Assembly (NCBI GenBank): GCA_030390025.1
Contig: CM059438.1
Span: 58,034,001 to 58,098,000 of the forward strand
Direction: 5' to 3'
Origin: Squalus acanthias
Lineage: Eukaryota
Length of the DNA stretch: 64,000 nt
Shown: piece by piece, positions 46,490 through 59,501 of the stretch
Layout of the letters: the number at the start of each line of letters is the position of its first letter
Numbering within the stretch: the stretch's first letter is position 1
Translations under genes and position numbers: made by a program
The notes under the pieces: generated by a model
What the model saw: the letters and a program-made list of their open reading frames with translations, nothing else
Database searches by the model: none
Told to the model about the DNA's origin: nothing

Positions 46490-48667
46490 AAAAGGTGCCA
46501 CATAAAAGGTTATTACACAAGATAAGGGCTCATGGGGTTGGGGGCAATATAGTAGCATGGATAGAGGATTGGTTAATGGACAGAAAACAGAGAGTAGGGA
46601 TAAATGGGAAAAGCTGGTTTTTTTCAGGTTGGCAGGCTGTAACTAGTGGGGTGCCGCAAGGATCAGTGCTGGGGCCTCAGCTATTTACAATCTATATTAA
46701 TGACCTAGATGAAGGGACTGAATGTAATGTATCCAAGTTTGCTGACAATACAAAGCTAGGTGGGACAGTAAGCTGTAAGAGTCTGCAAAGGGATATAGAT
46801 AGACTAAATGAGTGGGCAGTAAGGTGACAGATGGAGTACAATGTAGGGAAATGTGAGGTTATTCACTTTGGTAGGAAGAATAGAAAAACAGAATATTTTT
46901 TAAATGGTGAGAAACTTTTAAATGTTGGTGTTCAGAGAGATTTAGGTGTCCTCATACAGGAAACACAGAAAGCTATCATGCCGGTACAGCAAGCAATAAG
47001 GAAGGCAAATGGCATGTTGGCCTTTATTGCAAGGGAGTTGGAATATAAGGGCTGGATTTTATCAATGGAGGCGAGCAGGAGACGGGTCTCCCACTTTTGG
47101 GGTTGTAGTCTCGCCTCCATCGAGTTGTGGCCAACCCACTCGATTTTCAATTGATTGACCTTGTTGAGCCCGCCCAGCGGGCTCAGCAGGCCAATTAAGG
47201 ACCACCCGGCAACAGGTGACGTCACAGATTGACATTTCATCTGTCAGATGAAATATCAGCGTTTGACAGCTCCTTGAAGCTGTCAAACACTGACAATCTG
47301 TTCTCTAAGTAAATTCCTTCCTCTCAGGCTGATTTAGAGATCTCTGCAGAACAAAAAGCAGAGGCTGCAGCTTTTGACAGCTCAACGGCCATTCTGCTTT
47401 CTGTGCCGGTGAGATTTCTGACTCCCGAGACCTGAAGAGCTGACACCTGCAGGAGAAAGTTAAGGTAAGTAAAACTTTTTTCCACACTTTACACTTACCT
47501 TACACACTTACCTCTACACACATGCACCCATCACTCACCTGCCCACCGGACATATCGACCCCTCCAACCCCTGCAGACCCACGGTCCGCCTCGCTAAATC
47601 GGCGTGGTTCGGACCTGTCGGGAAGCCCACACTTCAGGGCTAAAAATAGGGATTCGGCAAAAAACTGCCTGTTAACTACCTGTTAACAGGCAGTTTATTG
47701 GCACTAATCCCCTTCCCGCCTCGGGGAGGCGGGTCCCAGTACAGGTCAGGTACCCGCCTCCAGCGAAACTGACATGGAGGCGGGTTGGGGGTGGGATGGG
47801 TTCGGGACCCCCGAATCTGCTATTTTCCCACCCCACATGCCTCCAAACCCGCCTCCACGGGTCAATGAAAATTCTGCCCTAAGAGTAAGGAAGTCTTGCT
47901 ACAATTGTACACGGCCTTGGTGAGACCACATCTGGAGTACTGTGCACAGTTTTGGTCTCCTTATCTAAAGAAGGATATACTTGCCTTGGAGGCGGTGCAA
48001 TGAAGGTTCATTAGATTGATTCCTGGGATGAGTGGGCTGTCCTATGATGAGAGGTTGTGTAGAATGGGCCTATACTCTCTGGAGTTTAGAAGAATGAGAG
48101 GTGATCTCATTGAAACATTAAATTCTTAGCGGGCTTGACAGGATAGATGCTGAGAGGCTGTTTCCCCTGGCTGTGGGAGTGAGATGGAGGTTGGGGAGAG
48201 CGAGATGGTGGTCGGCAGGGTGGGGGGTGGAAGTGAGAGATGGTGGTCAGGGCAGCGGAGATGGTGTTCGGGGGGAGAGATCGTGGGGGGGAGGGAGCAG
48301 ACAGGGTAGATGCTGAGAGGTTGTTTCCCCTGGCTGGAGTGCCTAGAACTAGGGGGTATAGTCTCAGGGTAAGGGGTTGGCCATTTAAGACTGAAATGAG
48401 GAGGAATTTCTTCACTCAGAGGGTTGTGAATCTTTGGAATTCTCTGCCCCAGAGGGCTGTGGATGCTGAGAATTTGAATATATTCAAGGCTGAGATAGAT
48501 AGATTTTTGGACTCATGGTGAATCAAGGGATATGGGGATAGTGCAGGAAAGTGGAGTTGAGGTCGTGGCTGGTCAAGTGGCATTGGCCAGCCATAATCAT
48601 ATTGAATGGTGGAGCAGGCGCGAGGGGCCGTATGGCCTAGTCATGCTCCTATTTCTTATGTTCTTAT
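46490..48667 (+). mobile_element. CR1 3' half with MITE and G-rich insertions
   Basis: [37 protein letters not shown] and a TTCTTATG tail. Confidence 0.92.
47049..47879 (+). mobile_element. Harbinger-type MITE, same family as 19437-20268
   Basis: TIR GGGCTGGATTTT / AAAATTCTGCCC, TSD TAA/TAA. Host CR1 resumes. Confidence 0.9.
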
Positions 48668-49261
48668 CTCTGACAAATTGCATACCGTAAAAATGAACCA
48701 GTGAGGATCCTGGAGGATGGGTTCTCAACCGGGGGCCGGCGGCACCCTAAGGGTCTGCGAGAAGATTTCAAGGCGTCCACCAAGAATAAGCCTCAGATGA
48801 TAGCAAGCAGAGCAGTGCTGCACCCTGCCGTTAATCTGGGGATTCCCAGTGGCGGGTCAGTTTGCCTCTTGTGACAGGCGACATCTGTGAGTGACTGTAA
48901 GAAAAAGGATCATTCCCCGGGTTATACGGGTCGCGCTCTGTTATTGAGTGAACTCTGCTCTATTCAGGACACGGCTCTGACAGCACAGGTGATAAGTGCT
49001 AATATTTAACACAGGGAGTGACTTTAAAGTGTAACAGTAACGGTTTGTAACTCAGCAGAGAGTGGGGCGGAGATTGGATCCGTCCGTCCATTTAATGTTC
49101 ACTCATCAGCCCTATTTTACCATCTGTGTTCATGTTCCAGGCTCTACAATCATTTACTTTCAGTTTCACAGGAGGCCGTTTAGTTTATTCAACTGGGACC
49201 GACAGGAACACCGAGTGCAGATTACTGTGAGCATCAGAACCCGGGGAGTGTACTGAAGCGG

Positions 49262-50795
49262 GTCATAATACAGGGGCCGGGACCGCTGTCCTAGGGGGAG
49301 TGTTTGCTAGTGCTGTTGGGGAGGGTTTAAACTGAAGTGGCAGGGGGTTGGGCACCTGAGTAGGGAGACAGAGGAAAGCGTGTCAGGAAGGGACAGAAGG
49401 TATGGAGTAAAAGGTAAAGTGTTAAAAAAGGAAAAAGCAGGAACTAAGTGTCACAAAACATATTTGAAAGTCCTTTATCTGAATGCACGTAGCATTCGTA
49501 ACAAAATGGACGAGTTAACGGCACAAATTACTACGTATGGGTATGATCTTGTGGCCATTACAGAAACATGGCTGCAGGGTGACAACGACTGGGAACTAAA
49601 TATGCCAGGGTATTTAACAATCAGGAAGGACAGGCAGGAAGGAAGGGGAGGTGGGGTGGCTATGTTAATAAAGGAAGGAATCACTGTAATACAGAGAAAT
49701 GATATTGGGTCAAAGAATCAGGATAATGAAACAGTTTGGGTGGAGATAAGGAATAATAAGGGGAAAAAAACACTAGTGGGAGTAGTATATAGGCCTCCTA
49801 ATAGTTGCAACTCTGCTGGAAGAAGTATTAATCAGGAAATAGTTGGGGCATGTAATAAGGGAACAGCTATAATTATGGGGGATTTTAACTATCATATTAA
49901 CTGGACAAATCAAATTGGGCAGGGCAGCCTTGAGGAAGAGTTTATTGAGTGTATTAGGGATGGATTTCTTGAGCAGTATGTAACTGATCCTACAAGGGGG
50001 CAAGCAACCTTGGACCTGGTCCTGTGTAATGAGTCAGGATTAATTAATAATGTCCTAGTTAAGGATCCCCTTGGAATGAGTGACCATAACATGGTTGAAT
50101 TCCATATCCAATTAGAGGGTGAGAAGGTTGGTTCTCAAACAAGCGTACTGAGCTTGAATAAAGGAGACTATGATGGTATGAGAGTGGAATTGATTAAAGT
50201 GGACTGGGAAAATAGATTAAAGGGTAAGATGGTACATGAGCAGTGGTGTTCATTTAAGGAGTTATTTTACAACTTTCAAAAGAAATATATTCCACTGAGG
50301 AAAAAAGGGTGTAAAAGAAATGACAGCCATCCGTGGCTAAGTAAAGAAATTAAGGATAGTATCCGACTAAAAACAAGGACAAACTTAGTGGGAGGATAGA
50401 AGATTGGGAAGTCTTCAAAAGACAGCAAAAAGTAACTAAAGGATTGATTAAGAAAGGGAAGATAGATTATGAAAATAAATTAGCAAAAAATATAAAAACA
50501 GATAGCAAGAGTTTCTATAGTTATATAAAAAGAAAAAGGGTGGCTAAGGCAAACATAGGTCCCTTAGAGGATGAGACCGGGAAATTAATGGTGGGAAACA
50601 TGGAGATGGCAAAAATGCTGAACAAATATTTTGTTTCAGTCTTTACAGTAGAGGACACTAAGAATATCCCAACACTGGACAAACAGGGGGCTCTAGGGGG
50701 GGAGGAGCTAAATACGATTAAAATCACTAAGGAATTGGTACTCAGTAAAATAATGGGACTCAAGGCGGATAAATCCCCTGGACCTGATGGCTTAC
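49262..50795 (+). mobile_element. CR1 fragment: end of ORF1 and APE endonuclease half of ORF2
   Basis: [37 protein letters not shown]. Joins an L2 tail remnant at about 50800. Confidence 0.93.
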
Positions 50796-51296
50796 AGCGG
50801 TTTTTTGCGCTTCAGCAAATTGATTTCAAGATCTTCATCCTCACATTAAAATCTCTCCATGACCTCACGTCTCTTTACATCAGTGATTTTGCCCACCTGT
50901 ACATTCCCAGATGAATTGGCTGTTCCTCCAAAACTAGCTTACTACTTGCTCCCTCTGCTTCACCACTGGTGGTTACTGTTTCTGTCACTCTGACCCTACC
51001 CTCTGGAACTCCCTCCCAAAATACTTCCATCTTGCCATCTCTAGCTTGTGACACACAATCTTCTGCCTCTGTCTTATACAGAGAATCAACTTACTTTTAA
51101 CCTGAAGCTATACTATGAGAGCACTGTAGATGGTACAGGTGCCCAACTCCTTTAAGCAGATGACCTTGCCCCTGGTATTTTGGATTGGGCCAGTGGCAGG
51201 GCAGATTGGTAGCTGGACGTCCTGCCCTACCACATGTGCAACAGTGGAGTGAGCCTCCAGGAATCTCAGGCCCCGAAGAGCACACCTACAGCAACT

Positions 51297-52425
51297 TTCA
51301 CTCTATGTGATATCAAAAAGCATCTGAGCGCTTTAGATACAGCAAAGGCTATGGGCCCCGACAACATCCCGGCTGTCGTGCTGAAGACTTGTGCTCCAGA
51401 ACTAGCCACGCCTCTAGCCAAGCTGTTCCAGTACAGCTACAACACTGGCATATATCCGACAATGTGGGAAACTGCCCAGGTATGTCCTGTCCACAAAAAG
51501 CAGGACAAATCCAATCCGGCCAATTACTGCCCCATCAGTCTACTCTCAGTCAGCAGCAAACTGATGGAAGGGGTCATCGGCAGTGCTATCAAGCGGCACT
51601 TTCTCACCAATAACCTGCTCATTGATACTCAGTTTGGGTTGCGCCAGGACCAGTCGGGTCCAGACTTCATTACAGCCTTGGTCCAAACATGGACAAAAGA
51701 GCTGAACTCCAGAGGTGAGGTGTGAGTGACTGCCCTTGTTATCAAGGCAGCATTGGACCGAGTGTGGCATCAAGAAGCCCTAGTAAAACTCAATGGGAAT
51801 CAGGGGGAAAACTCTCCACTGGCTGGAGTCATACCTAGCACAAAGGAAGATGGTTGTGGTTGTTGAAGGTCAATCATCACAGCCCCAGGACGTCGCTGCA
51901 GGAGTTCCTCAAGGCAGTGTCCTAGGTCCAACCGTCTTCAGCTGCTTCATCAATGACCTTCCCTCCATCATAAGGTTATAAGTGGGGATGTTCGTTGATG
52001 ATTGCACAGTGTTCAGTTTCATTCACAACTCCTCAGATAATGAAGCAGTCCATGCCCGAATGCAGCAAGACCTGGACAACATTCAGGATTGGGCTGATAA
52101 GTGGCAAATAACATTCGAAGCACACAAGTGGCAGGCAATGACTATCTCCAACAAGCGAGAGTCTAACCACCGCCCCTTGACATTCAACGCCATTACCATC
52201 ACCAAATCCCCCACCATCAACATCCTGGGGGTCACCATTGACCAGAAACTTAACTGGACCAGCCACATAAATAATGTGGCCACAAGAGCCGGTCAGAGGC
52301 TGGGTATTCTGCCGCGAATGTCTCACCTCCTGACTCCCCAAAGCCTTTCCACCATCTACAAGGCACAAGTCAGGAGTGTGATGGAATACTGTCCACTTGC
52401 CTGGATGAGTGCAGCTCCAACAACA
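51297..52425 (+). mobile_element. RT fragment of the second LINE family (as 22392-25395)
   Basis: [30 protein letters not shown]. Confidence 0.9.
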
Positions 52426-52544
52426 TATTCTATTTATGTCATAGAACACCGATTTCCAAATTGAAAGGGCCTTATTGCCTGAAACAGTTGGGAGCTTTGG
52501 CCACCCAGCATTTTGAGGCCGTTACTGCCCCATTAATGCCAGGT

Positions 52545-53880
52545 AATGCCCTTGCCATAGTACCGAAGTGGCTCTCATCAAAGTCACAAATTACATCCTT
52601 TGTGACTGTGACAAAGGTAAACTATCCCTCCTCATCCGTCTTCACTTGTCTGTAGCCTTTGACACGGTTGACCACTCCATCCTTCTCCAACGCCTCTCCA
52701 CCGTCGTCCAGCTTGGTGGGACTGCACTCGCCTGGTTCCATCCTTATATATCTAATTATAGCCAGAGAATCACCTGCAATGGCTTCTCTTCCCGCTTTCG
52801 CATCGTTACCTCTGGTGTCGCCCAAGGATCTATCCTTGGCCCCCTCCTATTTCTCATCTACATGTTGCCCCTTGGCGACATCATCCGAAAGCACAGCATC
52901 AATTTCCACATGTATGCTGACGACACCCAGCTCTACCCCACTACCACTTCTCTCGACCCCTCCACAGTCTCTAAATTGTCAGACTGCTTGTCCGACATCC
53001 AGTTCTGGATGAGCAGAAATTTTCTCCAATTAAATATTGGGAAGACCGAAGCCATTGTGTTCAGTCCCCGCCACAAACTCCGTTCCCTAGCCACTGACTG
53101 CATCCCTCTCCTTAACATCTGTCAGGCTGAACCACACTGTTCGCAACCTTGGTGTCATATTTGACCCTGAAATGAGCTTCCGACCACATATCCGCAGCAT
53201 AACTAAGACCGCCTATTTCCACCTCCGTAACATTGCCTGTCTCCGCCCTTGCCTCAGCTCATCTGCTGCTAAAACTCTCATCCATGCCTTTGATACCTCT
53301 AGATTTGACTATTCCAATGCACTCTTGGCTGGCCTCCCACATTCTACCCTACGTAAACATGAGGTGGTCCAAAACACGGCTGCCCGTGTCCTAACTCGCA
53401 CCAAGTTCCGTTCACCCATCACCCCTGTGCTTGCTGACATACATTGGCTCCCGGTTAAGCAACGCCTCGATTTCAAAATTCTCATCCTTGTTTTCAAATC
53501 CCTCCATGGCCTTGCCCCTCCCTATCTCTGTAGTCTCCTTCAGCCCCACAACCTTCCAAGATATCTGTGCTCCTCTAATTCTGTCCTCTTGAGCATCCCT
53601 GATTATAATCGCTCAACCATTGGTGGCCGTGCCTTCTGTTGCCAAGGCCCTAACCTCTGGAATTTCCTGCCTAAACCTCTCCGCCTCGCTATTCCTCTTT
53701 CCTCCTTTAAGATGCTCCTTAAAATCTACCTCTTTGACCAAGCTTTTGGTCACCTGCCCTAATTTCTCCTTATGTGGCTCCGTGTCAAATTTTTTGTCTT
53801 TTAAATACTCCTGTGAAGCGTCTTGGGACGTTATACTACATAAAAGGTGCTATATAAATACAATTTATTGTTGTTGTTGT
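52545..53880 (+). mobile_element. L2 LINE RT and 3' end
   Basis: AFDTVDH, GV.QGSILGPLLF, YADDTQLY, HWLPVKQR and a (TTG)n tail. Confidence 0.93.
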
Positions 53881-54699
53881 AAGGACAGTGAAAATCGACC
53901 CCTATGTGTTTATGTGGGAGATGATGATAAGGCTCTGACATGGAAGATATCCGTAACAGAAATGAGTTAGTGCAATATTTTATCAAATATTCTGAGCAAA
54001 GAATACCTATTCTTCTGATGACACAGGGTGCTTGACCCCTTCATCATGCAGAGTCATGGCTGGTCCATTTCTTTTTGAATTGGAGCTGGATGCTTGATTG
54101 TGCAACATACAAAATACCACAAAGTAACTACAAATGATACTTGGCTAATAAGCTCCAGTAAACCTGGGGTGACAGTGGCCTAATTTACAGGTGCATCTCT
54201 GCTCATTGCTCAGGGGCAAGGCTATGCTAAAAATGCAATATAAGCCTCATCCATATTTTGAATAGGCTACAGGCACAGGGAAATCTTGCCCCAAGAGTTT
54301 GGCACATGGTACTCTTGGCTAAGGATTACAAAATCCGACAAGGGAGCAGGGCTTAAAGAGCTGCAACTCACTGGAAATGGAAAGTTGTGGTGGTAAAAGA
54401 AAAGTTGCCTATTTGATGCTGGCGAATTGAAGGTTTTTCACCAAAAGGGTGGCACTATTTGGAACTGAAGACCATTCTCCAGTAAAAGCACAGATGCTAG
54501 CTAGATGGAGGATGGTTTCCCACTCCAAATTCCTTGCAGTTGGCTGCAAATTGAGAAGTGTGCTGGTATCAGGAGCAAGGCAAAGCTGAGTGTGCTCCTC
54601 ACTCTTACACACATTTCTTGTGTAGCCCATCAACTGTGTCACTAATCTAATTTGGGAACTGCCTCATCATTGGGAGGCACCATTTCAAGCATTCTGCAC

Positions 54700-55480
54700 A
54701 CCACAGCTCTTTTGCACACACTCTTTCATTGTGCCTAAGCTGCATAACACACTTTTATGACACGTCCAGGTGGAGGTAGCAACCAAGGTACAGCAAACAA
54801 TGCTGAAATGTCAGGCCTAGGTGCTCTTCTGCTTTCAGGGGTCTGCTCAGTAGGATCAGGAGCCATGGATACAGAGGATAGACCTGTTCTTCTTAGAGTC
54901 ATCCACCTATTTTTCTTATTTCTTCAAATAATATAGGTACTGTGGACTGCTGGACAATGGATATTTCACGGATAATGGCCACTGCTATGCATCATGACCC
55001 AAACATTGAGTGCAATTCCTTCTCTCTATGAAAGCCATTGAGTTGACGTGAAGAATGCCTACATAGATACCATGTGTGACTCTTTACACTTGAGGTACCC
55101 TTGCCATCCAGTGAAAGCTGTGCATCTAGTCCAGCTGATGTGGCTGATGTCTCCTGAGGTAACTTGAAAGGATGCAGTAGCATTGTAGTTTCTATTTGTG
55201 GTAACCTTCACCTCTATAGGGAGAGTCGTCCATGATCGAGATGTTGGCCCTGAAATTCCACAGAGTTCTCCCGATGGAAACCGCATTGAAATTATGTAAA
55301 CAGATGAAAAAATATGCCGTTTCTTTGAGGATTTTGCCAAATTTATGTATTGATCATTGTGCACAGAGCACAGTTCAGTGACAGATTGTTTTGTGGTGTG
55401 GAAATGGTTAAGACAGGATTCATCTGACATATCCAGGTACACGTCCCAGGCTAGTGACAGGCAATGGATAAAACGCCTCA
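54700..55480 (-). mobile_element. Old degraded Harbinger transposase
   Basis: YLDMSDESCL, LPIEVKVTT, ASFQVTSGDISHIS fragments. Confidence 0.6.
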
Positions 55481-56043
55481 GGGGTCATTAAACCTGCATT
55501 TTTTTGGCCCCTCAAGAACTCCCTCACCTCAAATGTGCAGCGTATTCTGAAGCCCAAAAGAATGTCCATCCTCTTTGTAAGGTGCGATGTCACAGTTCAC
55601 AGTAACAACACCAACAACAACTTACACTTATATAGTGCATTTAACATAGCAAAACATCCCAAGGTGCTTCACAGGAATGATATCAATTAAAACATTTTTG
55701 ACACCAATCCACAGAAGGAGATATCAGGACAGATGACCAAAAGCTTGGTCAAAGACATAGGGGGCGATTTTCCCAATGGAGGCGGGTTGGAGGCGGGTTT
55801 TGGTTTGGGTGGGTTCCAAACTCGCCTCCACTGAGAGGTGGGAAAAAAATTGCGATTTTCCGCTAATTGGCCAGTTGATTTCAGAGGTGTGGGTTGCCCT
55901 TGACCAATTAGTGTTTTGGGACTGAAACTCGCCTCTGCTGACGTCACTTATCCAGCTTCATTTAAGGGCTGCTTGCTGCCTTGGCTCATTCCACTGGATT
56001 TTGGTTGATGCTGCACCACCTCTAACATTTTTCAGCTCCAACA

Positions 56044-58000
56044 ATGGCCAACTCCAAGGCAAGGGCCTCCTCAAGGTTCCCAGATGAGGCGCTGGGAATG
56101 TTGGTTGAGGGGGCGAGAGCCAGCAAGGAGGTGCTCTTCCCCCTCATCTGGGAGGAAGAGACCTCCCAAAGAAACCAAGGCTGTCTGGGTACAGCTGGCA
56201 AGGGAGATCACCTCCAGATCGGTGTGCAGCAGAACATGGATGCAGTGCCGTAAAAAGTTCAATGACCTTGTAAGATCAGGCAAAGTGAGTATACCTTCAG
56301 CTTGACCCTCCTTCTGCTCCCCTTCTCCTCTCATCACCAGCACTCTGCATTGTCAACCGCCTCCTACACATCCCACTTTACCCTTACAACCCTTGCACCC
56401 TTCACTGTCCCTCTCACTCTATGAACCCAATCACTTGACTATTCGACTATGCTGCCCTCACACTCCCTTTCAATGTTATGCAATGACAACGACTAACAAC
56501 GCACAGGGAGGGCCCCTGGACAGGGAACCTCACTCCATCTTTGTCTCCTTCTAAGCTTCTATGCTCTGGACTCTCTACACTCACTCCATCATTCTCACTC
56601 CAACTCCACTTGTCTCCCTCACTGCAGGAAAAGAGAGCCCACAATAGAAGGGAAAGGGCGTAGACAGGAGGAGAGCCACCTTCTCGAGCCATTCTCACCC
56701 AGGCTGAAGAGGCGGCCCTGGACATCGCCGGCGCAGAGGTGGAGGTGGAAGTGGGGGTCGGACAGACGGGCGAGGCAGAGCAAGCTGGTGACAGAATAGT
56801 TTTGCCTCTCTCATTTACACTGCTTGAGTGATTGAAATGGCTGCTGGTGTACATTATTAGAATGCCACTTGAGCATCTGCACTATTGCATCTGCTTGCCA
56901 CACTTCCATCAAATGTCTAACCCATGCCTTTACTCCCCCACAGAACCATCCACAGAGCCGCCCCCCCCCCCCCCCCGCCCCGCCCACTGTCCAGGAGGAA
57001 GAGGCTGAGCAGCAAGACTCCTTCAGGGGAACCTGCAAGCTCTGAGGACACAGCGTCAGCAGAATTAAGCGCACCCAGCACCAGCGCAGATACGCACACC
57101 TCGGTGGGACCTTCGGGACATAGATTAGTGTTGTCACCGTGTGTATCACATCTCACAGGTGAGCATCAGCAGTTGGTGGAGACAGGGACAGCAGTGGAGA
57201 GTCCTCGTGGGAGGTCGCAGGACTCTCCTAGCTCTGCTCCGCTGCATGTGGACCTTGTGCCTCTGGGTCCATCCAGAAATAGAGCGGTGCTGGAACTCCA
57301 GGAGCAGGTGCGGGGGTCTCTGACAGGTCTTGTCTCCAGGGTCACTGCGAGGGTGCAGAGGATGGAGGAGTCCAACTCCAACCTGAGCAGTGCCGTTGGG
57401 GAGGCAATAGCGCATATACGCAGCACCACGGAAAGGATGGCAACCTCCGTGGAAAGGGTGGCTACAGCCATGGAGGCAATAAGTCGCCGGAGTGAGGAAA
57501 ACATGGTGATTGTTCAGAATAGACTGGAGGAGCGATGGCCGGTTATTGAACAGAGAAACCAGAGCTTCATGGAAGTCCTTTTGAGTAGGACTGCCAGTGC
57601 AGAGACGGGTCCCCATGGCCCCCCTGATGTGTAGCAAGGTGCTCTCAAGCCACTTGCAAGCGCTGACGTGGATCTGACCCATGAGAGGGAAGTTGGTGGC
57701 CGACAACAAGGAAGTGGGGACTCCTCTCCAAGCGCTCACAGTTCCATGCTACTGCGTAGCTCTCGGTCAGAGCCCCACCAGAGTCCGCACCCAACTGAGA
57801 TGGGCGTCTCAGCCCCTGCACAGCCGCAGGAGGAGCAGACGTTTGGCGAGCCCTCACAGGCTCGTAAACACAGAGGATGCCCACCAAAGGTGTTGAAGCA
57901 GGAGCAGCATCAAAGTGAGCAATGGGCGTCCAGTTCTGCTGAAGCCACAGGGGGAGCACCACGTAGGAGCACACGTAAGAGAAAAATAAAGCACCATTAG
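56044..58000 (+). pseudogene. Harbinger Myb/SANT-like gene: exons 56044-56284, 56628-56787 and 56944-58000
   Basis: RTWMQCRKKFNDL motif and GT-AG introns matching the 37812 copy. Frameshift at about 56140, stops in exon 2 and at 57632. Basic C-terminus RRSTRKRK. Confidence 0.85.
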
Positions 58001-58271
58001 TCACAGGGGTAGCCACTTGGGTGAATGTTTATGTGTATTGACGAAATGCCATCCATGTTTGAAAGTATAAAAATGATTTGATGGCAAACTGTTGGCGTGA
58101 TGGCATCTGTTATTTCGCCTTCGGCAGATCCACATTGCGGGCTCCGCGACACTTGCGTGGTCAGGTTGATGGCCAGAGTGAAAGGAGGCCAGAGAGTCAT
58201 GTCCATTGTCCATCATGTCTTAAGATGGAGTCAAGGACATGTGCCAACATGGGCAACCTATGCAAATCTGG

Positions 58272-59501
58272 CTAGGATAAGTGCATGCCTTGCATCACAG
58301 GCAGCCATGTGCTTGCGTGCTGCTGCTGCTGCTGGTCGATAGCCGGCGCTCGGTCCTCCTCCTGCTCTTCCTCCTCCTCCTCCTCCTCCTCATCCTCATC
58401 TGATGAGGCTATGAACTGAGCCACTTGCTCATCAGGAAGCCGCAAGCCACGACGCTGTGCCATGTTGTGCAGTGCACAGCAGACCACGACCATTCTGGAG
58501 ACCCTGGCTGCTGAATACTGCAGGGCTCCACCTGATCTGTCAAGGCATCGGAATCGCATCTTCAACAAGCCAATGGTTTGCTTGGTCATGGACCTGGTCG
58601 AAGTGTGGCTGGCATTATAGCGCTCCTCAGCCTCATTAGCTGGCCTCCTGATCGGCGTCATTAGCCACTTCTTCAGGGGGTAGCCTTTGTCATCAAGGAG
58701 CCATCCGTTAAGTTGGTTTTGTGGATTGAAGAGTAGAGGAACACTAGAGTTCCGCAGGATGAAAGAGTCATGGCATCTACCACAGAACATGGTGCAAACA
58801 TGTAAAATCTCTTTCTTGTGGTTACACACCAGCTGTACGTTGAGGGAGTGGAAGCCCTTGCGGTTGTCAAAGATAGCTGGGTTGTGATGGGGTGCCCTAA
58901 GGGCCACATGTGTGCAGTCTATGATGCCCTGCACCATTGGCAAGCCTGCCATATTTGCAAAGCCAACTGAACGCGCGGTTACACTTGCTTGATCCCTTGA
59001 GAAGTGGATGTAATTGTGGGCCTTTGCGAAAAGGGCATCGGTAACCTGCGTGATGCAACTGGGGGCGGCCGACCGGGAGATGCCTCTGATGTCTGCTGAT
59101 GATCCCTGGAAGGAGCCTGAGGCAAAAAAGTTGAATGCGGTGGTGACTTTGACAGCCACTGGTAAGGGGAGTCCACCCGCTCCTCTGGGCTCCAGGTGTT
59201 GGTGCAGCAGTGCGCAGATGTCTCGGACAACCTCTCGCGAAAGTCTCAGCCTCCTTTGGCAAAGCTGGTCACTCATGTTGAGGTAGCTCATCCTCTGTCT
59301 GTAAACCCTGAGAGGGAGTTATCTCCTGCGGCGAGGTGCTTCGATGCGCTGGCGCCTTCTGCCCTGTGCCACATCAGGTAGGTGAGCATGAGGTTGGGGC
59401 TCTTGCTACTGTTGCTGCTGAGCTGCCTGGTTCTGCTGCTGCCATGGCTGCTCCTCATCTGAATCTGAGCTCCATGGTGAAAGGAAATAAATGGTTCCCA
59501 T
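58272..59501 (-). pseudogene. Harbinger (HARBI1-like, DDE_Tnp_4-type) transposase
   Basis: 339-aa open stretch with [41 protein letters not shown]. The third catalytic position reads K (TKQTIG versus IEQIIG in the 28 kb copy). Upstream ATG at 59501 is separated by stops. Confidence 0.92.

Noticed and set aside
58272..59291. Domesticated HARBI1 host gene
   Set aside because: It lies within TIRs with a TSD, has related copies in the window and carries inactivating changes.
58320..59346. Missing 1-kb transposase segment explained as a spliced intron
   Set aside because: Boundaries are not GT-AG on the coding strand, and the segment holds the catalytic core. Microhomology deletion fits better.
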